A stretch of 64,000 bases of DNA from contig NC_057718.1 in NCBI RefSeq assembly GCF_004010195.1, positions 92,747,989 through 92,811,988 of the forward strand, in the 5' to 3' direction. Numbering within the stretch: position 1 is the first letter of the stretch; each line of letters opens with the position of its first letter. Below, piece by piece: positions 1 to 11,857 of the stretch. The stretch comes from Chiloscyllium plagiosum (Eukaryota). Made by a program: the position numbers and the translations under genes. Under the pieces are notes generated by a model. The model was not told the origin of the DNA. It did no database searches and saw only the letters and a program-made list of their open reading frames with translations.

Positions 1-290
1 CATTTTCCAGCCGTCCCTTTACCTGCGAACATCTGCCTCCAATCAGCTTTCGAACGTTCTTGCCTAATGCCGTCAAAATTGGCCATTCTCTAATTTAGAA
101 CTTCAACTTTTAGATCTTGTCTATCCTCTTCTATCACTATTTAAAAACGAATAGAATTATGGTCGCTGGCCCCAAAGTGCTCCCCCACTGACACCTCAGT
201 TACCTGCCCTGCCTTATTTCCCAAGAGTAGGTCAAGTTTTGCACCTTCTCTATTCGGTACATCCACATACTGAATCAGAAAATTACATCT
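1..290 (-). mobile_element. CR1 LINE fragment (end of the APE endonuclease region)
   Basis: Minus frame gives SVGEHFGASDHNSI. Closely similar to 61281-61465. Confidence 0.85.
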
Positions 291-1194
291 GCATTATATC
301 CATTTACTGAAGCTCTAGAGACCTTTGCATCAACAGGCTTATCTTTGTCTCAAAGGCTGCTGATCAAAATCTAGCAGAAGATTCACGTTTATAGGACATG
401 GACTGTATCTCCATCTGCAATGGAGCTCTACCTGGTGCAGGGGTAATGCCCCTGAGCCACAAGCCCCAGGTTCAACTGCAAGGTTGGGTCTTGATGGCCA
501 CTGAAGGTGTGTTACAATGTGCCCAAACAGGGTGATTATCAATGTAAGTTCTTTTGATATATGTGGTGATTGGCAGTGCTTCATGGTTGTTCAGCAATGC
601 ACCAGCCTCTTCACATTAAGAGATTGTACACCCAGGTTGTCTTTATGAACAAAGGCTCCCACACACCCACATCCAGTCCTTACATATTTTAAGATAAGCA
701 AACAGGAGAAAATTATTTTTCCTACTTAGGTCACAGCCTTCTGGTGTAATATTGCCATTAACAGCTCAGAATATTTCTGTCACTGTTAAAGATTCTGGGG
801 TAAAAACTCCCTAATACACTTCTGGTGCATTCTGCTAAGGTCTGCAGGACTGAACTGAAATGGTTACAAACTAGACTGGTTCCCAGACTGGTGCTGAAGA
901 TTTACTGGGTACCAACAAATGCATGGAGTGGGGCACTTACCTTATGGTGCCAGTGGAATTATAAGTAATAGAGGCAGGGACTCCCTTCCTTGGTATTTGC
1001 TTCATCCTCATCCTGGGCACAGACTGAGGAAAGATTGATGGGCCAGTTTGTATGTTCATTGAGATAAAAAAAGTCTGTCGGCCAGAAATCCAGGCCAACA
1101 TGATGGAAACCTTGTTTCTGGGAGAGATTGCTGATATCCCTTGGACATGACAGCAGTCACTAGATTGTCCAGAATGCCATACACCTGGAAGAAA

Positions 1195-1404
1195 TAAAAT
1201 CTGCTGACCATAACTGGTCTGGTCTATGTGTGACTCCAGACCTATAGCAATTGGGTTTACTCAAACCACTCTCTGAAATGGCTGAATCAATTACTCTGAT
1301 GTATCAAACTACTGCAGATAGATTGAACTGTAGTGGCTCAAGAAGGTGACTCACCACCACTTCGCAAGAGGAATTAAATGTTGGCAATAAACGCTGGCCA
1401 TGTC
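1195..1404 (+). mobile_element. Degenerate SINE/LINE fragment of the 2755-5700 family
   Basis: Shares ctggtctgg...gtgactccagac with 2983-3010 and the tail ...ggcaataaa(t/c)gctggcc. Confidence 0.65.
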
Positions 1405-1418
1405 CGTAAACCATGAAA

Positions 1419-1502
1419 AAAGGGCTTATGCCCGAAAAGTCGATTCTCCTGTTCCTTGGATGCTGCCTGACCTGCTGCGCTTTTCCAGCAACACATTTTC
1501 AG
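1419..1502 (+). mobile_element. Short Penelope-type terminal fragment with a partial hammerhead core
   Basis: GGGC-TTAT-GCCC-GAAA hairpin followed by GATGCTGCCTGACCTGCTG. 14-bp TSD CGTAAACCATGAAA at 1405-1418 and 1503-1516. Confidence 0.7.
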
Positions 1503-2359
1503 CGTAAACCATGAAAGACTTCTTTAAAATATCATTTTGACGTGATGCAAATTTCTATGGCACAGTTCAGTCATTGCACAAACTTCACAGCCTGGGACTA
1601 TCAGACGATTGTATAGTTTTAAAATAAGCAACCCGCCAACACTTAGAGATCTGGGGTAGTGTTTACAACTTCACTAACTGGGGAATAATGTGGCAGGAAA
1701 GATCATCAGTCCATTCAAGAGCCAATGCAATTTCCATTATATTGAGAATGCGCATTGGTTTTGAAAGTGCAAATATTGTCTTAAGCACATGAGTCATTTG
1801 TTATTTTAGAATATCAGAGAGCTTCTGAATTAATAGAGCAGTCCATTTAAGTTTTGATATGTGACTCATCCCATCTCATTGCAAAAAAAATTCAACTGTT
1901 GGATGTAATATGCATTGAATGAATAAGTGAGGTCAAAGATTTGCTTCTTCCTTTCCTATTACTTTGCGAGATAAGTACCAGTCCCAGCAGAAAAATGAAT
2001 GCTCTGTATAACTTTACTTGAAATGCATCTAGTTATTTTTATTCTAGTTTTGTATTCTAATTCTAAAATAACAAATGACTCAGATACTTAAAACAATATT
2101 TGCATTTTTGAAACCGATTCTTTATCCTAATATGATGCAAATTTCGACGGATGCTTCAATGGCTTGATGATCTTCTCTGTCAGGTCCTCTCTCAGAGAGT
2201 GAAGTTGAAAATTACATCCTTGATCTTGAACTATTGATGTGTTGCTTTTTTTTGCATGACTTCCGGAAAACTTAGGGATTAAAGCCTTTGCACAATGACA
2301 GAACTGAATTGTACAGGTCTGCATCATTTGAAACCATTTGTTAATATTCCTTCACGATA

Positions 2360-2745
2360 TAGAGGTGTTGCTGCTAAGGCTTGGAGTCATACAAGGCTCT
2401 TCAAGCCCACTCCGGAGACCTGAGTTAACAAGTTGATGCAATACTAAGGCTGTAGTGCCAAAAGTGCTGTCTTTTGGTTGAGACCTTCAATTAGGTCTGA
2501 CCTCTCAGTTGGACATAAAAACATCTCCTTTCAAATAAAGCAGGAGACTCTTTTCCCAGTGCCATGTCATATATTCCCAGTTGAATGGATGATTGTGCAT
2601 TGTGGGACCTTGCTGCATCCAAATTGCCTGCTGACACTTCTCCATGACAACAATGACTACCTTCAATTTTATTTCATCTGTTGCAAAACATATTGGAACA
2701 GCTTGAGCTCACAAAGGGTGGTTTATAAATATAAGTTGTGCCTTT
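2360..2745 (+). mobile_element. DeuSINE-like (SacSINE1/AmnSINE1-type) SINE, diverged
   Basis: Deu-domain-like tgtgggaccttgctgc...caaattg and tail ...tataaatataagt. Related copies at 11205-11420 and 50060-50452. Confidence 0.6.
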
Positions 2746-2754
2746 GGTTTACTG

Positions 2755-5700
2755 CGGAGGTGATGGCCTAGTGGTCTTGTTACGAGACTACCAATAAAAA
2801 ATTCAGCTAATGTCCTGGGGACCCAAGTTTGAATCCTGCCATGGCAGATGGTGGGATTTAAATTCAGCTTTTAAAAAGATCAGGAATTAAGTGTCTAATG
2901 ACCATGAAACCATCATCGATTGGTTGGAAAAACCCATCTGGTTCACTAATGTCCTTCATGGAAGGAAACCTGCCATCCTTACCTGGTCTGGCCTATATGT
3001 GACTCCAGATCCACAGCAATGTGGTTGTCTCTCAGTTGCCATCTGTCAAACAGTCCTTCAAAATCCTCCTTACGAACATCTGGTTCTAGTGCCAAATTTG
3101 TGAGAGCTGTCTTACAGATTAGTCAAGCAACAGCCTGACATAGTCATACTCACAGAATCATACCTTACAGACAATATCCCAGACACCACCATCACCATCC
3201 CTGGATGTGTATTGTGCCACTGACAGGACAGACTCAGTACAGATGGCAGCACAGTCGTATACAGTCAGGAGGGAGTTGCCCTGGGAGTCCTCAAGATTGA
3301 CACCGTGACTTCAGGTTAATTGCAGGCAAGAGAACCTTCTGCTGATTACTATGTACTGCCCTCCCTCAGCAGATAAATCAGTACTCCTCCATGTTGAACA
3401 ATACTTAGAGGAAGCACTGAGGATAGCAAGGGCAAAATGTGCTCTGGTTGGGGGGATTACAATGTTCACCAGCAATAGTGTCTCAGCAGCAGTACTACTG
3501 ATCGAGCTGTTTGGGTTCTAAAGGACATAGCTGCTAGATGGCGTCTGCAACAAGTGGTGAGGGAAACAGCAAGAGGGAAAAACATATCTTTCTCAATCTG
3601 CCGACTGCAAGTGCATCTGTCCATGATAGTAATAATAAGACTAACAACTGTACAGTCCTTATGGAGATGAAGTCCCACTTTCACATTAAGAATAACCTCT
3701 ATTATGTTGTGTGGCACTACCACCATGTTAAATGGGACAGACTTTGAACAGATCTAGCAACTCAAGACTGGGCATCCATGAAGTGCTGTGGACCATCAGC
3801 AACAGCAGAACTGTACTCCAGAACAATCTGTAACCTCATGACCCAGCATATTCCCACACTGCAGAATTACCATCAAGCCAAGCGATCAAACCTGGTTCAA
3901 TGGAGAGTGAGGTGGGCATGCCAGGAGCAGCCCTAGGCATATCTGAAAATGAGGTGTTAATGTGGTGAAGCCACCACACAGGACTACTTGCACGCCAAAC
4001 AGCATAAGCAGCAAGTGACAGACTTAGCTAAGCGATTCCACAACTAATAGATCAGATCTAAGCTCTGCAGTCCTGCCATATCCAGTTGCGAATGGTGGTG
4101 CTCAATTAAACAACTCACTGGAGTAGGAGGTTACACAAATATCCCCATCCTCAATGATGGAACAGCCCAGCACATCACTGCAAAAAAAAGGCTGAAGCTT
4201 TTGCAGAAATCTTCAGCCAGAATTGCTGAATGAATGATCCATACTGGCCTCCTGCAGTAGTTCCCATGCATGACAGATACCAGTTTCAGCCAATTCGATT
4301 CACTCCACGTGATATAAAGAAATGGTTGGAGACACTGGATACTGCAAAGGCTATCAGCTCTGACAACATTACAGCAATATTTAGGAAAGCTTGTCCTCCA
4401 GAACTTGCCACTCTCCTATCCAAGCTCTTCCAGGACAGTTATCCATTGGCATCAACATGACAATGTGGAAAATCACTCAGTTATGTCCAGGTATGTACAT
4501 AAAGTGCAGGACAAATCCAGCCCCACCAATTACCACTCCATCAATCTACTCTTGATCATCAGTGAAGTGATGGAAGGTGTCATCAATAATGCCATCAAAT
4601 AGCACATGCTTATAGCATTACCCAGCTCAGGGCTGCCCTGTTTGGGTTCTGCCAGAACCCAGATGAGTAGATCACCTCCTGATTCCCCAGAGCCTGTCCA
4701 TCATCTGTAAGGCACAGGTCAGAGGTGTGATGGAATGCTCTCTACTTGCATGGATGGGTGCAGCTGCAATTACACTCAAGAAGCCTGACACTATCTAGGA
4801 CAAAGCAGCCCATTTGATTGGTGCTACAATCATAAGTGACCACTCCCTCCACCCCAAACACTCAGTCGCAGCGGTGTATACTACATACAACATGCACTGC
4901 AGAATTTCACCAAAGATCCTCAGGCAGCTCCTTCCAAATTCACAATCACTTCCATCTAGAAGGACAATGAAAGCAAATATATGCGAACACCACCACCTTG
5001 AAATTCTCCTTCAAGCCACTTGTTTTAAAAAATTCTCAAGGTCAGGTTCGTAGGAGAGTAGTCTGACACAGAACAAACGACCAAGAGGCGAGTCTGCTAG
5101 AATATGGGCATTTTATTCCCCGCAGCGTCGCCACAACCAGGTCTCATACAACGGGTCTGGCTTATACTCACTCTACATGTTACCGGAACTGGGAGCCGTC
5201 AGTTCTCGTAGAGCGGTTGCCAACAACCCACGCTCGGCGGTTAAACGTAACCCCGGAGCAGACTCACCGAACTGGAGACTTTTCCAGCTGATATACTCTT
5301 TTCCAGATATAAACATTCATGTGAACAGCAGAGCAAGGCTAAAAAACACATTCCATTCTGGTTACATACAGATAAGAAGATTCACACGGGGAGGTGTGTA
5401 ATAAGATTACTAAGCAACACCTCCATTCCGGTTAGATTCACACATGTATTGGGACATAATTTTTAACCGTTTCACCACACCACTCACCATTCTTACTTGG
5501 AAATATATGGACTTCCTTCACTGTCAATGAGTCAAAATCTGGAAATTCCCTCCTCCATGGTGTTGTGGGTCAACCCATTGCAGGGAGACTGCAGCCATTC
5601 AAGGAGGCAGTTCACTACCACTCTCTGAAGGGCAACTAGAGATGGGCAATAAGTGCTGTCCAGTCTAGTGACACCCACATCCTACAAATGATTTTTTAAA
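2755..5700 (+). mobile_element. Degenerate CR1/L2-group LINE with a tRNA-derived 5' head; RT core deleted
   Basis: A box 2764-2774 and B box 2827-2836. APE remnant LVKQQPDIVILTESYL from ~3065. Pre-RT remnants (LDTAKA..DNI, NYHSINLLLIISEVME). 3' tail ggactgcagc...gatgggcaataa. Interrupted by a solo LTR. Confidence 0.8.
5021..5479 (-). mobile_element. Solo LTR (459 bp) inserted in the LINE
   Basis: TG...CA termini, 5-bp TSD CCACT (5016-5020, 5480-5484), AATAAA on -, CpGs retained. Confidence 0.8.
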
Positions 5701-6289
5701 AATCTAATATCTTTCCCAGAACTAATTAAAACCAACTATGATTGCATCATGTAGTTTGCACCACTATGCTGGAATGCACCAACAAACATCCTCCATAACA
5801 AAACTTGCTAATTCATGCTGTTAGTGTATTAGTCAAGTAAATTGACATCTAAAATACAATTACCACTGATCTTATTGAGAGCTCAATAATGGACTGTAGT
5901 GCATGCAACTTAACAACAGCACCTTCCAAAGTTGTGACAGGTCAACATGTATCTGTCTTCCAACAACCTCAATGGAAAACAGAAGAATAAATAGATTTTG
6001 GACGTTTCCTTGATGATTGGACCTCTGTTCTTTCCCACCCATGATTTGCTCAACCAAGCCAGGCTCATCACTCATTTTGTTCCTCTTTACCCATTGTACT
6101 TAAAGCTGAGCTGATGTGCATCTCAATTGAAGATGATTTTCTTTCGGACCATTGGGATCTATTTGCTCTATAAATAAAAACAGTCAGACATTGGCAGGGC
6201 TTAATACTTCACTTGCACTAATATGCATTTCTGTACCATTAATATGCATGGAAATATTTATAATATATTGATAGATTGAGTGAAATCTG

Positions 6290-7010
6290 TGATGAATGAA
6301 TTGCAATCTAAGCAACTGTGAGGTCATTCACTTTGCACCTAAATAGGAGAGAAGCAAAAAAACAGTTGAAGTCCAAAGAGACTTGGTGTCCATTATGTAC
6401 ATCATTAAAAGACCATTTATGCCTATGAAAATTACCAAAGCTTTCTAATTAAATGCTGGTCTTTCTATCTAGAGAATTGGAATTCAAGACAGCAGAAGTC
6501 ATGTGTCAGATATGCCATGCCCTGGTTAAACCACAACATTGAGACACATGAGTGTTCTGGGTACCACACTATCTGAGTAACAACCTTGGAAGAAGACTTG
6601 CTTCTGTCAATTTGATTGATACCTGGACTCCACAGGTTCAATTACAGGGGCATTTAAATGAAGAGTGGTTGTATTCCTTGAAATTTCAAAAATTAAGTGA
6701 TGTTTTGATCAAAATTATTTCTATTGGTTTGGGAGTTGAGGATAAGGCATAGTATAAGCAGGAAAGCCAGACTTCTTAGCAGTAAAATGAGAAAACACAT
6801 CTGCTTGGAAGAAGATTAGCACTCTCTTCCACAAAAGGCAATTCATGTTAGCTCAAATACTCATTAAAAAATCAAAGATTGATAAACTTTTGTTAATCAA
6901 AGGTGGTAAGTGCTTTGGGGCAAAGTCAGCTATATAAAGTTCAACAGACTAGCCATTGGTTGAGGGAAGCAATGTGAGAAGATAAGTGGCCAATTCCTGT
7001 TCCTTTGTTC
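6290..7010 (+). mobile_element. Highly degenerate CR1 3' fragment
   Basis: Remnants of CEVIHF, DLGV and LVKP..FWVPHY motifs, plus a CR1-type 3' end (tggcc..ttcctgttcct). Confidence 0.65.
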
Positions 7011-7353
7011 CGATTATGCAAGTCGCACTAAAGGTAAAGTCACTGTAATCCTATGGGACCAAAGGGCTCCTCTCATTAGAGATAACTGGTGATGGCTTAA
7101 CCTGAGGGTTATGATAAGATTAATATAATACATGCCTTTACCTTACCTTTCCAGATCCAAAATCATCAAATTCTATACTGTTGTATAGAATGTGGTCTAT
7201 GTTGTCTTGTTATTCACCAGTTTTTAAAAATTTAATCACCTAGAATGTAAAGGATTAATCAGGCACTTCTCTTACTATTATAATTAATTTGATTTTATAT
7301 TTAACATTTCCATCTGCTTATGAAATAGGAAGGTTTAAGTCACAGAAGTCATG

Positions 7354-7480
7354 ATGTGGAGGAGCCAGTGTTGGACTGGGATGGACAAGGTTAAAAATCA
7401 CACAAAACCAGGTTATAATCCAACTGGTTTATTTGGAAGCACTAGCTTTCGGAGTGCTGCTCCTTCACCAGGTGGTTGTT
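7354..7480 (-). mobile_element. Penelope-type terminal fragment with a minimal hammerhead motif
   Basis: Minus strand 7474-7440 reads CAC-CTGGTGA-A-GGAG-CAGCA-CTCC-GAAA-GCTA-GTG. Same family as 12063-12268 and 34279-34420. Confidence 0.7.
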
Positions 7481-9087
7481 GCCATAAGTTAATTCCCTTA
7501 AAGTCAATGTAACGTAACATTGGGGTTCTGAGCCATTGCTGACCTTGCAATAAAAAAGGTCAGTTTCAGAATGAAGCAGTAAAAGGCTATTTAAAGATAT
7601 GTCTGTGCATCATCTAATAATTTTGCAAAATAGTTCTGCAAAGAAAGACACCGAGGTACATGCCATTTAAATTGGAATTTCTACAGAAGCATAACAATGA
7701 CTGGCACGGAATGCTATCAGGTCAAAGATAGGCTTATCATGAAACTTTCGCTTGGTGGAATAACAGCTGTTAGTACAAGAATTAAGCTAATGATAAGTTA
7801 ACCAAGTAAGGGAGTTGCAATAGAAAAATGAATGTTTTCAGTAAGGAAGACTATTGATGATGGTTATTTTTATAATTATATAATTCAGAATGTTGTAGAT
7901 TGCTACATTATGAGTCTAAAACACGTGTATAAAATTATTCATTTGCTAAGAATAGTTCCATTGGCAAAAGTCTAAGAAAAAGGGCTTAGAACTGCATCAC
8001 ATTTAGGTCTGTCAGCTAAACCAGTAATTTTTAGATGTATGTATTGTTTTGATTTGCATGATTAAATTCCTACAACGTGTAATATTTGCTTAATAAATCT
8101 GTGATTCCTAATTTTTAACATTTAAGAACCTCATTGATTTGATGGATAGATTACACATAAGAAACTAATTTCAAGCAATAACAAAAGTGGGAAGTAATAT
8201 ATGCTAATCTGACTCATTGACATTTCTGTCTATGGATTATTCTGGACCTTCTGCAGGTATACTTAATACGGTGAGAATAACCCCACTGTCAGTCCGGACC
8301 TAAGCCAGTCAGTGAGACAGACAACCAAGGTGGTTTCCCTCAGTTGGTAGAGTTTATTTACTACTCGCTCCTACAGCTCCTTCCACCCCATTGTTTGCAG
8401 GTGCTTCTGGCATGAAAATACTCAGACAATTAATATCAACCACTTGTTTCTTCTTAACTTTAAATTTTAAAAAAATTAAAGCGGTTAGCACTGTGATTAA
8501 CTAGATATTAACACCTATATCTTGCTTTAACATGCCTCTATATGGGATTGATATCTTTAAAAATTATTACATTTCCTTCATATTAAAAAAATATCTAGTA
8601 TTGTTGCCTTTCTGTGATATTCCTGCCTTACCTTTGACATGTTTGATGTGTTTAGATCTCTTGCTATGTGTGTTGAGTCATTGAACTTTATTATTTGCAT
8701 CCTTTTATACATTTGTGGGTCATGCCACCATCATCTGAAGCTATTTTTTTTTTCTCCAGAAGAAATGTTGAATAAGCTCTTCCCAATAAACTGTGAAGAC
8801 ATGTCTTTCAAGCTTAAGGTTGATTCATTTTGAACACAAGTTGCCTGGTGCTGGAAATATTGAGCTGGTTAGCTACTGGACAATCTTCAAAGAATCAATT
8901 TAAAAGATAATTTCAGGGATTGTTTGTATTTTCTGAAGTTGAACATTTTCCTACTCCATCCTTCTACATTTCATTAGCAGTGGGCAAATTATGTACTAAA
9001 GATTAACTACTTTCCTTGTCCTTTTCAAACAATAAATTATGTGGGCTATAATATTTGATTACCATGCTTCATGTATTTATGGTTTTT

Positions 9088-10325
9088 TTTTAAGAGAATG
9101 TGGGTGTCAGTAGTTAGGCTTAGATTTACTGTATGATGTGAGGTGCGTGTTTTATATATATTGTAATATAACTTATTTTGAAGCCTGGATTCTGAACAAG
9201 GTGGCATCGTGGTTTGGTCTGTATATTTGATTTCCAGAGCTGTAATATTTTTTCAAATCAATATTTGAAAAGGGGGAACTCCTGAGGTGTAACTGGGAAT
9301 TTCTTTTCTTTGTTAGAGTTTTACAAGTGGACAGAATTAGCATTGAGGAACATTAGTTTGCTTTTAGTTTTGCTTGTTATAACTTGGGAAGTTTTCGGTT
9401 TCAGTTTGCAGACTTCCTGGTTTAAGTTTAGTGAATGAGACAGTTTCTGCTAAAGAAAAGTTAGGCACAGGTTACCTCAGTGTAGGGGGTGTTCATTTCA
9501 AAGTTCCAGATCAGATGTGTTTGGTTACAACCATGAATATTCAAATCTGAGAATATCTAGATTGTGTGAATATTCAAAGAGGCAATCGAACTCTCTTGCC
9601 TGAAAATTAAGTCAAATTTATAGATGTTATAGAGAAAGGATTTCTCTCTCTGGTGTTTGAGTACTGTAAAGTGGTGGCATTGAGATAGAGAGGGTTATAT
9701 TTTACTGTGTGTTTTGAAATCTTTCAAGTTATGCTATATGTAAATAGTTTTGTTTATTCTATTTCACCTCCATTTCTTTTGCCTCATGAACTTCTATTTT
9801 ATTGGTAAAATCAAATCTGCAACATAATGAATGACCAGTGAAAGACCACCTTCCTAAAAAAAAGCAAAATTTGATCTATCAAGCCAAATTTCAGTTTAAG
9901 ATCTGACTTGTCCAGTGATAATATCAGCTGGGATCATAACTATTGCTCATTCCTAATTGCTCTGGAGAGTTGCTTTCTTGAACTGCTGCATGCTGGGAAT
10001 TAATTGCACCTATAGATCTGTTAGGAAGGAGGTTTCAGATTTTGACCCAGCAACAATGGATGAATGGCAACTTAGTTCAAACTCTAGATAGTGTGTGACT
10101 CGCAGGGGAAATTATAGGTCGGGATGTTCTCATGCATCTGTTCCCTTGCCCTTCCAACCGGTAGGGATCGTGGATTTGGAAGATCCTATTGATTGAGGAT
10201 TTGTGAATTACTGCAGTGCACCTTGTACATTAGGCATGTTGCTGCCACTGTGTGTTGGTAGTGAAGGGACTGAATGTCAAAGGTTATGAATGGGTACCAA
10301 ACAAATGGGCTGCTTTGTCTTATTG
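9088..10325 (-). mobile_element. 3' fragment of the 2755-5700 LINE family, split by an insertion
   Basis: Reverse complement of the shared tail at 9095-9131, resuming at 9941 (tattgctcattcctaattgc). Confidence 0.65.
9130..9941 (+). mobile_element. Old solo LTR-like insertion (~810 bp)
   Basis: Interrupts the LINE tail. Imperfect terminal inverted ends TGTATGA...TCATAAC. TSD ambiguous. Confidence 0.5.
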
Positions 10326-10329
10326 AATT

Positions 10330-10725
10330 GGAGATGGAAGGCTATTTGGTCCATCATGCCTGTGCCAGCACTTTAAAGAGTTGTTTAATTAGCACAGTTC
10401 ATCTGTTTATTTTTATTTTTCCCTTTCAGAAGTATATCGATTTATCTTTTGAAAGTTTCTATTGAATCTGCTTCCATTGCTATTTCAGACAGTGATTTCC
10501 AGATGAGAACAATGTTGCTTTTTGGTCCTTTACCAATATCTTCAATCTGTGAGTGCTGTTGCCTAGAGACAATTTCTGCTTCATAAATTAGAACACCTCA
10601 GCTGACCCCTTAGCACTCTGGGATCTGAGAAATACTACCCAGTCTTCTCTAACCTCTCCATGTAACTGTAACCCCTTGTAACTAGGTGTCACTGTGGTAA
10701 ATCTCCTCTGCCCCCTCTCCAAGGC
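10330..10725 (-). mobile_element. Degenerate CR1 3' fragment
   Basis: ggctatttggtccatcatgcctgtgccagc and ggtaaatctcctctgccccctctccaagg resemble the other CR1 3' ends in the window. Confidence 0.6.
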
Positions 10726-11204
10726 CTTAGTGGTCTATTTTAGTTGTTGTCAGGGTTCTCATGATGCAAAGCTACGAATGCCCAGCTCCCACTTGTGTAT
10801 ACAATACTGCTGTACCATTTGATTAGGCTGAGCAAGATATTGGGATTTATTTGACTGGCTGCCAAAGGAAAACACTACAGTTTTCATGTTGGAAAATAAA
10901 AGCTAGAAGGTACGTCATGCTGATTAACTTTCGAGGTCAAAGCATTAATTGCAGTTTAACAGCTTCATTTGTTGAAGATCTGTGAGTGTGTTGGTAACAA
11001 TGAAGTGGCATATTCCTTGTTAAACAGAAGTGAAAGGGATCATTTTGAAACCTTTCTTTCCCCTTGTTCAATGCATTAAGAAAGCATCTTACTTATTAAA
11101 CACAATTTGAATGATTATTCAGTAAGCATTATATTTTGACAGATTGGTTTTTTCTATTCATTATTTAAAGACACAACATATCCCAAGCATTTTAAGGGGA
11201 TTTA

Positions 11205-11420
11205 ATGAAGAAAGAACAGTTTTACAGTTATTTAACACCTTTCACATCTTCAGGATGTCTCAATTATAGCCAATTGATCACTCTTGAAGTGGAGGACAAT
11301 GCAGTGAATTGTATTAACTAATTTGCACACAGCAGGGTCCCACAAACAGCAAAGAGATCAATGACCATTCAATCTGTTTCAGTTGGTTTTGACTGGCTAA
11401 TAAATTTTGACCTGGGCATC
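11205..11420 (-). mobile_element. DeuSINE-like fragment
   Basis: aatttgcacacagcagggtcccacaaacagca is the reverse complement of the Deu-domain-like core seen at ~2600. Confidence 0.6.
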
Positions 11421-11857
11421 AATGCTTTTATGTGTTAAATTAAAGGTAATATGCAGTACAGTAATTCCATATATTCCCCATGTTGCACAATACATAAGAT
11501 TCAAACATATGCCTAAAGGTAACTTCATTGTCCAATACAAAATGTCTAAATTAGTGCAGTTTGTAGTTTAGATAACAGATTCGTTTAGAAACGAAAGGAG
11601 AAAACATTTGCAGCACTGTGTATGTGAAAGTGCTCTCTGATGGATATTCTTTCCCAAACGGAACCTTGTTCTCTACAATTGTTTGGGTTTTAACTCAAAA
11701 TAATCATGGTGATGACATCTTGACCAAAAGATCTTAACTTTTGATAGTGATATTTGCATTCCACAAAGTAAGCAATTATACCCTTAGTTTGCACACAGAC
11801 CATTTTGGCTTGAATTAACTGATGGTTTATTTAAATATCTGGAGTCTTTGACCAGGG

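Noticed and set aside
2755..2845. tRNA gene
   Set aside because: A and B boxes are present, but there is no convincing cloverleaf and it is the head of a multi-copy repeat.
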